Notes under the pieces: model-generated | Databases searched by the model: none | What the model was told of the DNA's origin: nothing | The model's input: the letters and a program-made list of their open reading frames with translations, nothing else | Source of the DNA: Eledone cirrhosa | Lineage: Eukaryota | Length of the DNA: 64,000 nt | Direction of reading: 5' to 3' | Assembly: GCA_964016885.1 (NCBI GenBank) | Contig: OZ024745.1 | Coordinates: 42,656,001 to 42,720,000, forward strand | In this document: positions 43,067-55,003 of the stretch, piece by piece | Position numbering within the stretch: position 1 is the stretch's first letter | Layout of the letters: every line of letters starts with the position of its first letter | Translations under genes and position numbers: made by a program

Positions 43067-43974
43067 ATATTACAACGGAAAAATATACCATTAACATATA
43101 GTGACATTATATATACTTTTTTTAATTCAATTCCTTATATGCAGCTACAATATATCTTAGATTCCCTTCTCTTATACTTCAGATTATCTACTTACTGCTG
43201 GTGGAAAAGTGATTTAGAGTAGAGATATAATTTCATTTCATCCTTGATTGACTCACTGATGTGAAATCATTTAATCCAGGTGGAAATAAACGAAATGAAT
43301 TCTAAAACGTTTAATCCGTGTTTTGAACAAGTGTATCAAGTACTTCCGGTTAGCATGACTACCACATAAAACTAGACAGGAAGCTATCTAGAATCAGACA
43401 TTTGTAATACAGATATGTGACAGGTACTGGGTGGTGTCAAATGGCTCAGTCCACTTAGCTATAGCTAGATACCATACAGAATAAACTACATGCCAGTATC
43501 TAGAGCGACAGCGGTGTAAATTTATTAATTAATTAGTAGTTCGTTAACATTGAATTAGCTTTTCCTGTGAGCAGTGCCAAAAAAGGAACTGGATACCACA
43601 AATTTTAGCAGAAAGACAATTGATGGACCTCCGTTGGTATCCGCGATGAGTATTCCAGTTGTTTGATCCACGGAATATCCTGCTAATGACAAGGCATAGG
43701 GCAACGCGATTTTATTCTTTTTCAACTCTGATGTTTACTTTGTTGATCGTTGTTTATCGAACTGCAAAGTTGTGAGACGTAAAGAAATAGTGAACCGTAT
43801 AATACACATACACATACATATATATACATTTTTTTATTTCAATATATAAAAATGTATACATATATATAGAGAGAGAGAAAGGGGATAGAATCATACATAC
43901 ATACATACATACATACATACATAGATACATACATACATGCATACATACATACATATAAAAAATTGACCAATTTA

Positions 43975-44825
43975 CAGAAAAAGTTGTACATGGATACTTG
44001 AGACGTAAAACACAGACCATAGAGGGGATAAACCACTCAAAAAGCCTGGCATGGAGTTCCGACAAGTTTATGACATCACACCTTGAGGGATATCTCTATG
44101 CAATACAGGAACAAGAACTCCCTACCAAATATCTGCTGCACAAAAGGGGAGGGCCATCAGCTGACAATAAATGTAGGCTATGTAAAACAAAGATCGAGGA
44201 TGTAAGCCACATTGTTGCCAGCTGCGAAAGAATGTCATCTCGCTACTACCTCCCCATATGACATGATGGGATAGCTAGAACCATCTGGAACGCACTTCGG
44301 AAAACAAAATTAACAACAAACGAGGAGGAATATATTGAGACAGATGGCACTAAGGAATACTGGTGGAACCTGAAAATAAAAACTGCCACCAAATTAAAGC
44401 ACAACCGGCCTGATATTGTTGTTTGGGACCACACATTGAAAACGTGTTCTGTTGTGGAGATCAGCTGCCCACTTGATGTAAACGTTGTCAGAAAAATACA
44501 GGAGAAGGAGGACATCTACAGACGATTGATGAGGAGTTTACAAATCCAGTATCCAAGATACACCTTTAGCTTCATACCCATCATTATTGGAGCTACGGGT
44601 TACATACCAACCCGTTTGGACCAAAGTATGACTGAACTTGGATTTGCGGACAAAAAGCGCAGCTCCCTAATTCATAGTCTGCAAATGGCTGCGATAGCTG
44701 GCACCTTCAAAATTTGCAAAACATTTTTACGATTCAAGGGATGACAATTTCTTTTCTTTTACAACCTTGCCACCAGGAAGATGGCCGGTCAAAAAAATAT
44801 ACTCGAAATTAAGAGAAAGAGATAA
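43975..44825 (+). mobile_element. 3' fragment of an R4/Dong-type non-LTR retrotransposon (CCHC knuckle plus restriction-like endonuclease)
   Basis: EGYLYAIQEQ..KCRLCKTKIEDVSHIVASC...*HDGIA...KHNRPDIVVWD..KTCSVVEISCPLD..KIQEKEDIY..IPIIIGATGYIP in one frame with a single stop; (TACA)n-rich flanks. Confidence 0.88.
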
Positions 44826-45015
44826 CATATATACATACATGCATACATACATAGATATATAGAGGGAGAGATGGAGGGAGGGAGGGAGGGAGGGAGGGAG
44901 AGAATCATTTATACATACATGCATAACATACATACATATAGGGAGAGGCGAGGAAGAAGCATTTATACATACATACATACATACATACATACATACATAC
45001 ATACATACATACATA

Positions 45016-45506
45016 CATGGTGGCTGCCAACTCGTTTTCGAGTACGGCCACTTCTTTATATCCATGTAGGAGAACCCCTACCGATGCGCTGAACGAGTGT
45101 GACTTTTTAGTCCAGCCAGCGACTGGCTTTGTGCAGTGAGCAAAGGCACTGCACAAAGCCAGTCCCACTCTCTTAACCAAGATTATATTTACCAAAAAGA
45201 AGAACATGTCAACATCATTGGATACCATCAGGGTTGCAGGTGTTATATCAGAGTTTTCCTTTTCCTAGAATTCTGCCTTGACAAAGGCTAAGGGGTCATC
45301 TCACTCGCTGATTTTTGATGGCCATTGACTCTTAAGAGCTCCTTTGCTCTTTGACAGGTTTTGTTTTTAGTCCTGCAGGATGTCCAAAGTCACCCTCCTC
45401 ACCAAGAAACCTTGGTGGGGTTGCCAGTTTAGTCGCCAACGACCCGACCATGAGACAGGTTGTACTGGGATACATGTTACCAGTAGCACCAACTGGTAAC
45501 CTGACA
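45016..45506 (-). mobile_element. Non-autonomous retroelement with RTE-like ends, inside (TACA)n
   Basis: GC-richer 490-bp insert between (TACA)n tracts; its left end TGGCTGCC..CTCGTT.TCGAGTA.GGCCA recurs at 14611-14641; internal hairpin at ~45122-45163. Strand and class are inferred. Confidence 0.5.
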
Positions 45507-45550
45507 TAAATACATACATACATACATACATACATACATACATACATACA

Positions 45551-45581
<31 letters not shown>

Positions 45582-45688
45582 GTGCGTGTCGCTTGGTATG
45601 TATGCATCTATGTATAGGTGATAAAACGGTGCATCTATGTGTAGGTGATATATACGGAAGTAGGCTATGAGTATCGTACAATCTAGGG

Positions 45689-45760
<72 letters not shown>

Positions 45761-45764
<4 letters not shown>

Positions 45765-46420
45765 TAAAACATGTCTATAGAATTACCAGATAAAATATAT
45801 ACCATTTCCTCTCCCAATTAGCATAATCAACTATATAAAAAATCGAATAGACCAGGCTATAAAAATCAACTATATAAAAAATCGAATAGACCAGGCTATA
45901 AAAATCGCTTTCTAGCAAATAGCCACTAGCCGTAAGCAACTACCACACCTCTTCCAACCTGACCGCTCCTACTTCACGATTCTTAGCCATTTTGAATGTA
46001 TTCTCGGCGCGATCACTTTGGAAAATTTAATGTCTAGATTAGAGCAAACTCCTGAAGAGTCCGATGCTCGGATTTCCGAATATATTGGAAATCTCAAAAT
46101 TCGGACGAAACCATGGTAGAGGTAAATAAATGTATTCTCTTTTCTCCTAGTTTATTTTACAACTAATTCTGTTTAATTAACTGTATATCTGGGCGATTAC
46201 GCTGTCGAAATGTTCGATAAATATTCCGTCGCAGCCGACGCGAAGGGCTAGTTTCGGTTATTTGTTGGGGATTTCTTCATAGAAGCCTTATTCTTATAGC
46301 TTGGTCTATTCGATTTTTATAGCCTGGTCTATTCGATTTTTTATATAGTTGATAATGCTAATTGGGAGAGGAAATGGTATATATTTTATCTGGTAATTCT
46401 ATAGACATGTTTTATGATAT
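45761..46420 (+). mobile_element. (TA)n-embedded ~660-bp insert with ~107-bp terminal inverted arms and an intact hammerhead
   Basis: 45761-45867 is the reverse complement of ~46312-46418; 39-bp internal tandem duplication at 45829-45906. Confidence 0.8.
46049..46121 (+). ncRNA. Type I hammerhead ribozyme
   Basis: CTC-CTGAAGA-[GTCCGA...TCGGAC]-GAAA-CCATGG-TA-GAG; GUA triplet, palindromic stem III. Confidence 0.8.
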
Positions 46421-46498
46421 ATAGCTCTGATTATTTAATTTATTAACTTTTCATTGAGCCACAATGTGACCCGTTGCAAAACACGTATATGTATGTAA

Positions 46499-46544
<46 letters not shown>

Positions 46545-46556
46545 AAGGGAAAATGC

Positions 46557-46635
46557 TTCTCTGATGAGCTTTGGTTTTCCATCATAAATCCATCGGATTT
46601 ATGAGGTTTTACAAAGCGAAATTGATCAGTAAGGG
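46557..46635 (+). ncRNA. Type I hammerhead ribozyme in a (TA)n-embedded insert (46543-46718)
   Basis: TTCT-CTGATGA-[GCTTTG..TCATAAATCC-atc-GGATTTATGA..CAAAGC]-GAAA-TTGATCAG-TA-AGGG; stem I is weak (G-U pairs). Confidence 0.72.
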
Positions 46636-46716
46636 CCACTAGAAGAGGTAAATATTTATATTAGATTTTTTAATGTATTTTGAAAAATTGATTGAATTTT
46701 ACTTGTTCTGCTTATC

Positions 46717-46961
<245 letters not shown>

Positions 46962-47762
46962 TACATATATGCATATATATATGTATGTATGTATATATGT
47001 ATATATATATATAATTGCGTATGTATGTGTGTTTGTGTTTGTGTGTTTTGTTATTGTTTTTACATGTGTTTGTTTTTTCTGTGCGGATGTATGTTTTCCT
47101 AATAGTTGATGGATAAAGAAATAACTAAAATATATTTAAAATACGTATATAAATATTGATGTTGGTGGACAACTAGATTGATAAAAAGATTGATTGTTAG
47201 TTAAAATTGTTAAATTTTTGTTGAAAACAGTTTATTACTTGTTCTACAATCCCCCACTCACCATCTTCCTCTGTCCATTCAGTCTTTAAGATGTTTTAAG
47301 CCTTTCTTATACACTAAACTTTATTTTTCTTTTACCCCATGCTAAAATATTGATTCTCATTTTACCAAAGTGGTGTGAGACGAGAATCCGCTATCTTCTT
47401 CTGAGAAGTTGCTTATTAACGAAATAAATAAGAGAAAATATGAAAGACAAAATAAAATCATCTCAAGATACAGCTTTCTTTTTCTTTATTCTCATTCCTT
47501 TTTTCTTTTTTCTTTTTGTACATTGAACGTTACAGGTCAAAAAATAAATAAATAAACAAGCAGGATGGTGAAAATGTCTGTTGCCATGATGTTGTCACAT
47601 GACTTCCGTTACTGTCCGATCGGCTTCTTGGCTTTCAAGGACGTTAAGAAAGGTCAGGAACGAGGTCGGCAGTTGTCACAACTTTGATAACTTCAGCGAA
47701 AACATGCTGTTTTTTGGTAGGTTTGATCAAACTTTATAGCTGCACAGATTATTATTATTATT

Positions 47763-47807
<45 letters not shown>

Positions 47808-47909
47808 TTTTATATATTTATATATCTACATATATTTATGTATCTCTATATATTTATATATTTACTTATTCATTTGTTACTATATATGTGTTTGTGTGTG
47901 TGCAGATGC

Positions 47910-47940
<31 letters not shown>

Positions 47941-48194
47941 CATACATACACACACAAACACACACACACATATACATATATAAATGCATACATACATATA
48001 TAAATACACATACATACATATATAAATGCATACATACATACATACATACTTACATGCATACATGCTTGCATACATACATACCTAGATACATACATACATA
48101 CCTAGATACATACATACATACGTACATACATACATACATACATACATACATACATACATACATACATACATACATACATACATACATACATACA

Positions 48195-48227
<33 letters not shown>

Positions 48228-49436
48228 TTCGTATCATATTTTTTATTGTCTTCTACAACATTTTCTCTGCAAATCCGTCATGGCTTTTGTATTTTTATAA
48301 CATCCATCGGATACGTCTTCACTACCTTGAACATGTCGAAGCTTGCTCACAAAAGAAGTAAAATGTATTGAAAAGACAGAACATATTCGAAACTATACAA
48401 TCTAATTGGGTAAAAGACGTGGGGAAAACAAAATTGGAAGGAAAAGAAGAATTGTACAGCACATTTTCTCTTTTTCGCCATTTTTTTTTTGTCTTGTTTT
48501 GTTTAGCGTGTTTCTGTATTTTTATATATTTTGTTTTATTTTGGTTTGTTTTTGTTCTTTCATTTGCACTTTTGCCTTCTATTTTCTTGTTTCTACATTC
48601 TGTACATATATAGCCTCTGAGAAACTGGAGTATAAATATTTCATTGCAATCTTTATATGTAGCGACGGGGCAAAATGGCGGCGACAAACGTACGGTCGTT
48701 TTTCAAACAGAGAGATGATGGCGGCAGCAGTTGCGGCGGTGGTGACTGGGACAGTGTCAAAGACGAAGGTGAAAATGAAAATGACAACTACGTACAGTGG
48801 TGACAGCGGAGACGACAGTAATGACTACGATAACGACGAGGAATGGTGATGGTGAGGATGAAGATGAGGTGGAGGAGGAGGTGGAGGTGGGGGGGGGTTA
48901 TGATGGTGAGGATGATTATGAGGAGGAGAAAGAAGAAAAAGAGAACAAAGAGGGGGACGAAGAAAGGGGATGATGATGATGATGATCATCATCATCATCA
49001 TCATTAGGAAGAGTAAACAGAAAAGAAGAAAATACAATATAAAGAGGGCTAAATATGAGAGAGGAGAAAAGGAGAGAGATAGGGAAGACAGAGAGAGAGA
49101 GATAGGGAGAAGAGAGAGAGAGAAGGGGAAGGGAGAAAAAGGAAGAAAGGAGATAGAGGGGGAAGGGAAATGAAGTAGGGAAGGGAGAGAAAGAAGAGGG
49201 AATGGAGAGAGAGAGAGATCTATTGTTGATGGCGTTTTTCGGACATCTGGGATTGCACTATCTTTCCATTTTTTTTAAGACGGTGAGTTGAAATTTGAAG
49301 GAAATGCAGCTGTTATTTCTAGAAGGTTGAGCGACCACATATCGCTTCTCTCTCTCTCGTTAGAGAGATGTATTGTAGATATAGGTTGTGGATTGACAGA
49401 ATTGTTAGGTGTCTGATAAAATGCTTCAGATGTGTG

Positions 49437-49475
<39 letters not shown>

Positions 49476-49563
49476 TAAAATAACATATTAAAGAATCGCT
49501 GCTTTCACCCTTAACGGGATCTTCTGAATATCTTTGGATTTTAGTCTTCAAATTTAATATTAT

Positions 49564-49607
<44 letters not shown>

Positions 49608-49872
49608 GATATTAACAAATGGAAACTATATTTATAAAACCATATCTATTTTATTATACATATTTCAAGGATACCATGTTAAATTATGGTATGCTTTCAT
49701 CAGACAAAATACAATATATACCAGTTTTATAAATAAATATTGACATACCCTTTCAAAATGCAACCGTTAGTTTTGGAAGACATCAGGATATCCAAATATT
49801 TGTCGAGTGCTTTATATCAGTTATAAAAATATTTGCTTGTTGTATCCCAACAATTTAAATAGAACTTTTGCA

Positions 49873-49875
<3 letters not shown>
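49608..49875. mobile_element. (TA)n-embedded insert of the 18715/18940 family, hammerhead on the minus strand (~49647-49710)
   Basis: Minus TATTTTGT-CTGATGA-AAGCATACCAT...ATGGTATCCTT-GAAA-TATGTA-TA-ATAAAATA; the distal part (~49790-49865) is inverted relative to 18950-19030. Confidence 0.8.
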
Positions 49876-49903
<28 letters not shown>

Positions 49904-50156
49904 CGTTATATCCCCTTACATTCTGAGTTAAAAATCCCTTTAAAGATTACTTTGCTTTCCCTTTTTCCGAGGTCGATGAAATAAAGTACAAGTCACGTAG
50001 TGGAGCCATTTATTATTCTTATAAAGCATACTAGTTAAGAATTGAATTGTTATATAAAGAGAATAAGAAGACTAAGACCTCGTCACTTGACTGGTAATTT
50101 CATTGACCCTGGATGATTGAAAGACAAACTTCTATTTCAACCTGGTGTGATTTGAA

Positions 50157-50240
50157 AGAAGAAGAAGAAGAAGAAGAAGAAGAAGAAGAAGAAGAAGAAG
50201 AAGAAGAAGAAGAAGAAGAAGAAGAAGAAGAAGAAGAACG

Positions 50241-50277
<37 letters not shown>

Positions 50278-50332
50278 ATATGAAATTAAACAATAAAACA
50301 AATGGACAAACAAAAAGTACGAGAACGAACGA

Positions 50333-50368
<36 letters not shown>
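50157..50368. repeat. (GAA)n(CAA)n and (GAAA)n microsatellites
   Basis: Read directly from the sequence. Confidence 0.95.
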
Positions 50369-51587
50369 AGGGATGGAGTTTATTGTTATTGTGACAATCA
50401 GTAAAACTTGTGACATGTGGCAAATGTTGGATTATAAATTTTGAGTGAAGGGTTGTGACTTAGTTATGAGATACTCTAACTGGTGGAAGTGTAACTGAGT
50501 CAACTGTGGTTTCTTTTGCTACCATAGAAATGCTGGATGCCGTATTGGGGAACCAAATATGGGGAACCAAATAAGTGTGTGAGGGGAGGGGGATAATCCG
50601 AATATGTATATGTGCTGTTAAACATCAATTTCTTTCAAATGGAACTAGGCTTTAAATGTATAAAAGGAATAAATAAAGTAATGCTGTGGTCATGCCTTTC
50701 CGACAAGAAATTAGTATTATTTAAGAATATGAAATATTGCCCCATTGTTGAAGACTGTGTCTTTGGTTTCTCGTCTAGCACACTAAAATGAGTGGAAAGA
50801 AGAACTTATATGCGAGTAGCATGCAATGTTGCCACAATTGACCTCAGCCTTTACAATCCTTGTGATCACAATATTAAAAACCCAGATCACTGCTACAACA
50901 CTCTAAAAACGTTATGTCCCCGACTTAGGATAAACTTAAGAAGCATGATTTATAAAAATTAACTTTTGTAAATCATGAAACTTGTAGAAGAGGTAAAGTG
51001 ATAATTTATTGTAAATAAACCTTCTTAAAGATTCCAATTGCATTTTCAACTTCTTTTCCTATGTTAACCTATGTGGGAGATATTAAAAAATCTTTACTTT
51101 CGAATATATATATTGTGTGTGTGCGTGTTTGTATGTGTGTATATATATTTATGTGTATGTATATATATATACGTTTATAAATATATACATATATATGTGT
51201 GCGTGTGTGTGTATTTACATGAATTCTATCACTTTCTATTTTGATAGAACAGTTTCCTAGTTTATTCTGTTGTCCTTCGAATTGTTCATTTCAATCCCTC
51301 ATACATAATATTGGCACATTCTTTTAACTCTTTTAACATTCTGGCCCGCCATATTTAAGACTATAGACGACTAACAACCTTGCTCAAAATCAAAACATAA
51401 TCCTTTTAAACTTCAACCACTTCAGTTTTGAGTCCATTTCCTGTCATTTTAAATTCTGTTTCCTTTTGCTTTTTTACATCTCATGCATTAGGTGGAGGTG
51501 AAAACAGAGGAAAAGTTTAGGATTAAGACGTCAAGGAAATCTCTCGGACGACAAGCAATTTGCCATGTCTGGAGTGTCAGAAGTTGA

Positions 51588-51800
51588 TTTCTAATTTAAG
51601 CACAAGGCTTGCAATAAGACTGAAATGGGGAAGTCGATTAAATCAGCCCCAGTACTTGACTTGTGATTTATTTTATCGACCCCGGAAGGATGAAAGGCAA
51701 ATTTGACATCAGCTAGATTTGAACTCAGAACATGAAGAGCCTGTACTAAATACCCCCGAAGCATTTTATCCAACACTCTAACGATTTTGTCATTCCACCA
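51588..51800 (-). mobile_element. tRNA-derived SINE, long older form (another diverged copy at ~61196-61316, minus)
   Basis: Reverse complement of the 3415-3627 type. Confidence 0.85.
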
Positions 51801-52034
51801 CCCTCCAAGTTTTTTATTGTTTTGTTTTGTTTTTTCAAACATTATGTCATTCAATTTGGTGGCGTATTTTTATTTTTATTTTTAGGTTCCAACACATATT
51901 TCTTCCTATTTGTTGTTTTCGTCTTTCGTAGTGCATTTCAGATTGTTCTTTCTAAAACATCACTTCCGTGAGAAGACAGTAACGAAAAGACATTATTTCA
52001 CAGTTTGGCAATAATGTGGCTCACGTAAAAAAAA

Positions 52035-52130
52035 AAAATCCTTCATTTTTAGATTTTCAGAGGAAGGCACAATTTTTCCGCGTTTTATCACCAAAAATAC
52101 TACGCATTTGGTCTCACCAAATTCCATTAT
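52035..52130 (-). pseudogene. Small R4/Dong-type RT fragment
   Basis: MEFGETKCVVFLVIKRGKIV resembles the GMEFGLDKC..L.IKRGK motif that follows the YMDD catalytic motif in R4/Dong RTs. Confidence 0.55.
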
Positions 52131-52233
52131 ATATAAATATATATACACACACATACATACATACACATACATACATACATACATACATACATACACATAC
52201 ATACATACATACATACATACATACATACATACA

Positions 52234-52264
<31 letters not shown>

Positions 52265-53479
52265 TGTATGTATAATGAGTAAATTAAATGTTCACTGCGC
52301 TTCAAAGGAGTGCCTTAGCCGATAAGCCTTATCCAGCCTGAAACTTAATCAGCACGTTTGGGATTCTCAATTGCATTTTGTAGTTAGAAGCTCAGATGAG
52401 AGCAGTATCAGTCAACTAAATCTACCTCAGTACTTAACTGGTACCTTAGTGTATCGACTTCGGAGTCAGAAAAACAAATTAAACAGAATTAAATACAGAC
52501 TGCAAAAGATATGATCATCACAATATCTTATTAAACGTCTCTTTATTTAAACCTACATTAAAATCGTTTATTTTTTTTTTTTGTCGTATAGTTTAATATT
52601 TAACATGTCTGAATGTTCCTACTTCATAACTGCCATTTAAAACTATCATTAGAATTCTCTAGTTTAGCCTTCATTATATTTCTTGGTATCACTTCCCAGT
52701 TGTACAGCATACACATCCTCTTAATCTCAATGGGGTTAAATTAAGCTTAATATCTACGCACGCACATGTGTGTATATGTGTAAAAGTGTGACAGTTTAAA
52801 TAGGATCAATGTGTGTATAGGTGTGTATATTGCTTCCTCTGCTCCCTCGGTTACTTTTCTACCAATCCTCTCTTGACATGCTTACCTTTCTCAAGAATTT
52901 CCTGTTCCGCTCACGGGCAATATTAAATTGCTTGTATCAGAGTTCATATATGTGCATTCTTTCTTTTATTATTTTACTTGTTTCAATCTGTAGACGGCGG
53001 CCATACTGTAGCAACGACTTGGTTTAGTCGACAATACCGATTCCAGTACTTGGTTTATCATGTCTGGCATTATGTTTTACCGATCATTTTTGTTGAACCA
53101 CTGAGTTACGGCACATAAACACATTGGGGAAAACATAGAATCAGACACACATGCACACACACACACGCATACATACAAACACCCGTTTTTCCTGAACATG
53201 CAACCTCGTTCTTCCCCCAACTCTCACATTCACATACACACGCGCACACACACACACGTACACCTACACGCATACACACATACACAAACACCACCTTCAG
53301 CCCTCCCCGCTCGGACCCCCCACCTCCCTCTCCCAACTCCACCTGCCACCACCCCTACACGCCTCACACCTTTCCACCACTTGTTTATTTTTATGTTTAT
53401 TTTTATGTTTATTTTTATTTTTATTTGTACTTCTTCAATCGTTTTCCCTCCCTTTCCCCCCCCCCCCTTTTTCTAAATG

Positions 53480-54807
53480 TCTTTCCACCACTCCTCCACA
53501 CACCCTCGGAACTCTCTTCCTACCCACTTTTCTCCTGATGAAGGGCTTATGCCCGAAACGTCCCCCCCCCCACCCACATCACCACCACCCCACCACCCCC
53601 AATCTCAAAAGCGTGAACCTAATAAACTCTTATTTGTACTGCCTCTCTGTTTTTGTTCCCGTCTAAGTTTTAACTATACGATACACGCTCACACGGCTTC
53701 CACACCACTTTGGAATACCACCTTGACCACCGGCTCAACCCCGATTTAATCCGCCGTAACCAGCCTCTGAACTTTCCCCAAACTCTCCCACAAACCTTTT
53801 CTTTCCTTGTTGATTTTTTCCTATTCTATTGCATTATTTCTTGATTATTTTACTGTATTCGTTTATTCCTGCTTATGATTTTTTATCTATGACTTTTTGT
53901 CCATGATTTCTTGTGTATACTTTCACCTCCTTACGATAATTTTGTTTCGATTTTCCCTCCCCCGTCTCTGTCTACCCTTTTTGCACTTACCCCTTCGTTC
54001 CACCTCCCCCCGTATCACACACTTCTCTTCTCTTCCACCCCCACCCCCCGCTTTAACTCCACGCCCACCATTCCCAGCCTGAATTCTTTTCTCCACCAAC
54101 TCCACACTCGCCTCAAACATTTCCTCAACCCCTCCTGCTATCTCCCTTTGGCCCTCCAACTCTCCTACCTTCTCTTCGCCAAAACCCGGCATTCCAGCCA
54201 CATCCATTTCCTCAGCCGCTGCCTCCACCTCCACCTCATCCCCCTTCGCTTCCGACTACACTTCCACACCTCCCCCTCCGCTTTCCCCTCCACCCAACGT
54301 ATCCTCACCCGATCCTCGCGCCTCCATGCGAAACTCCCTCCGCTCCTCCCTCCCCACCGTCCGCAACATTGACGATAAACTCACCCCCACTCTCCTCCGC
54401 TTTAACTCCGCATGCCACCCTCTCCTCGCCCACTCCATCTTCCTCTTCATCCAAAACCTCAACCACGACCTCTTCTCGTTCCTCACCTCTACCAAAGCCC
54501 TTAAGCTACACTCACTCCTCCCCACCACCACCTTCCACCACAGCTCACTTCTCAGTGGAGGCCTTCGCAACATACCCCACACCCCGCACAGCGACGAGTT
54601 CCGCACCCGAACGGAAGTCGAGCGATTCGTGCGACGCACGAAGCTACAGGCACATTTTCATCAAACCCCACCGGCTCCAAACGCCCCAGACCCGTTTCTC
54701 GCCCTGGGCCGACGACCATCGTCTTGGACGCCGGCACCAGGGCAATTTAGCACCTTGGACACGTTCGTCGACGCCTGCCGTAGTGCAGTAAATCGCTTCG
54801 ACTTAAC
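53480..54807 (+). mobile_element. 5' portion of a Penelope-like element: pseudo-LTR with hammerhead core plus frameshifted N-terminal ORF
   Basis: CTGATGAAGGGCTTATGCCCGAAACGTC at 53535-53562; ORFs with TRHSSHIHFLSRCLHLHLIP and LLSGGLRNIP..DEFRTRTEVERFVRRTKLQAHF..SSWTPAPG..LDTFVDACR, typical of the PLE pre-RT region; truncated at (TA)n. Confidence 0.82.
53535..53562 (+). ncRNA. Minimal PLE hammerhead core (stem I not intact)
   Basis: CTGATGA-AGGGC-ttat-GCCC-GAAA-CG-TC; the downstream poly-C cannot pair with the upstream TCTC. Confidence 0.65.
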
Positions 54808-54875
54808 TATATATATATATATATATAAAGGAAGGTATAAACCCAACCATGACGACTAGCGATTCCGGCAGAAGC

Positions 54876-54943
<68 letters not shown>

Positions 54944-55003
54944 GAATAAACAAAATATATTGGCGAAGACAGGATAATGAACGTATGCAAAAAGTCCCAT
55001 CTC

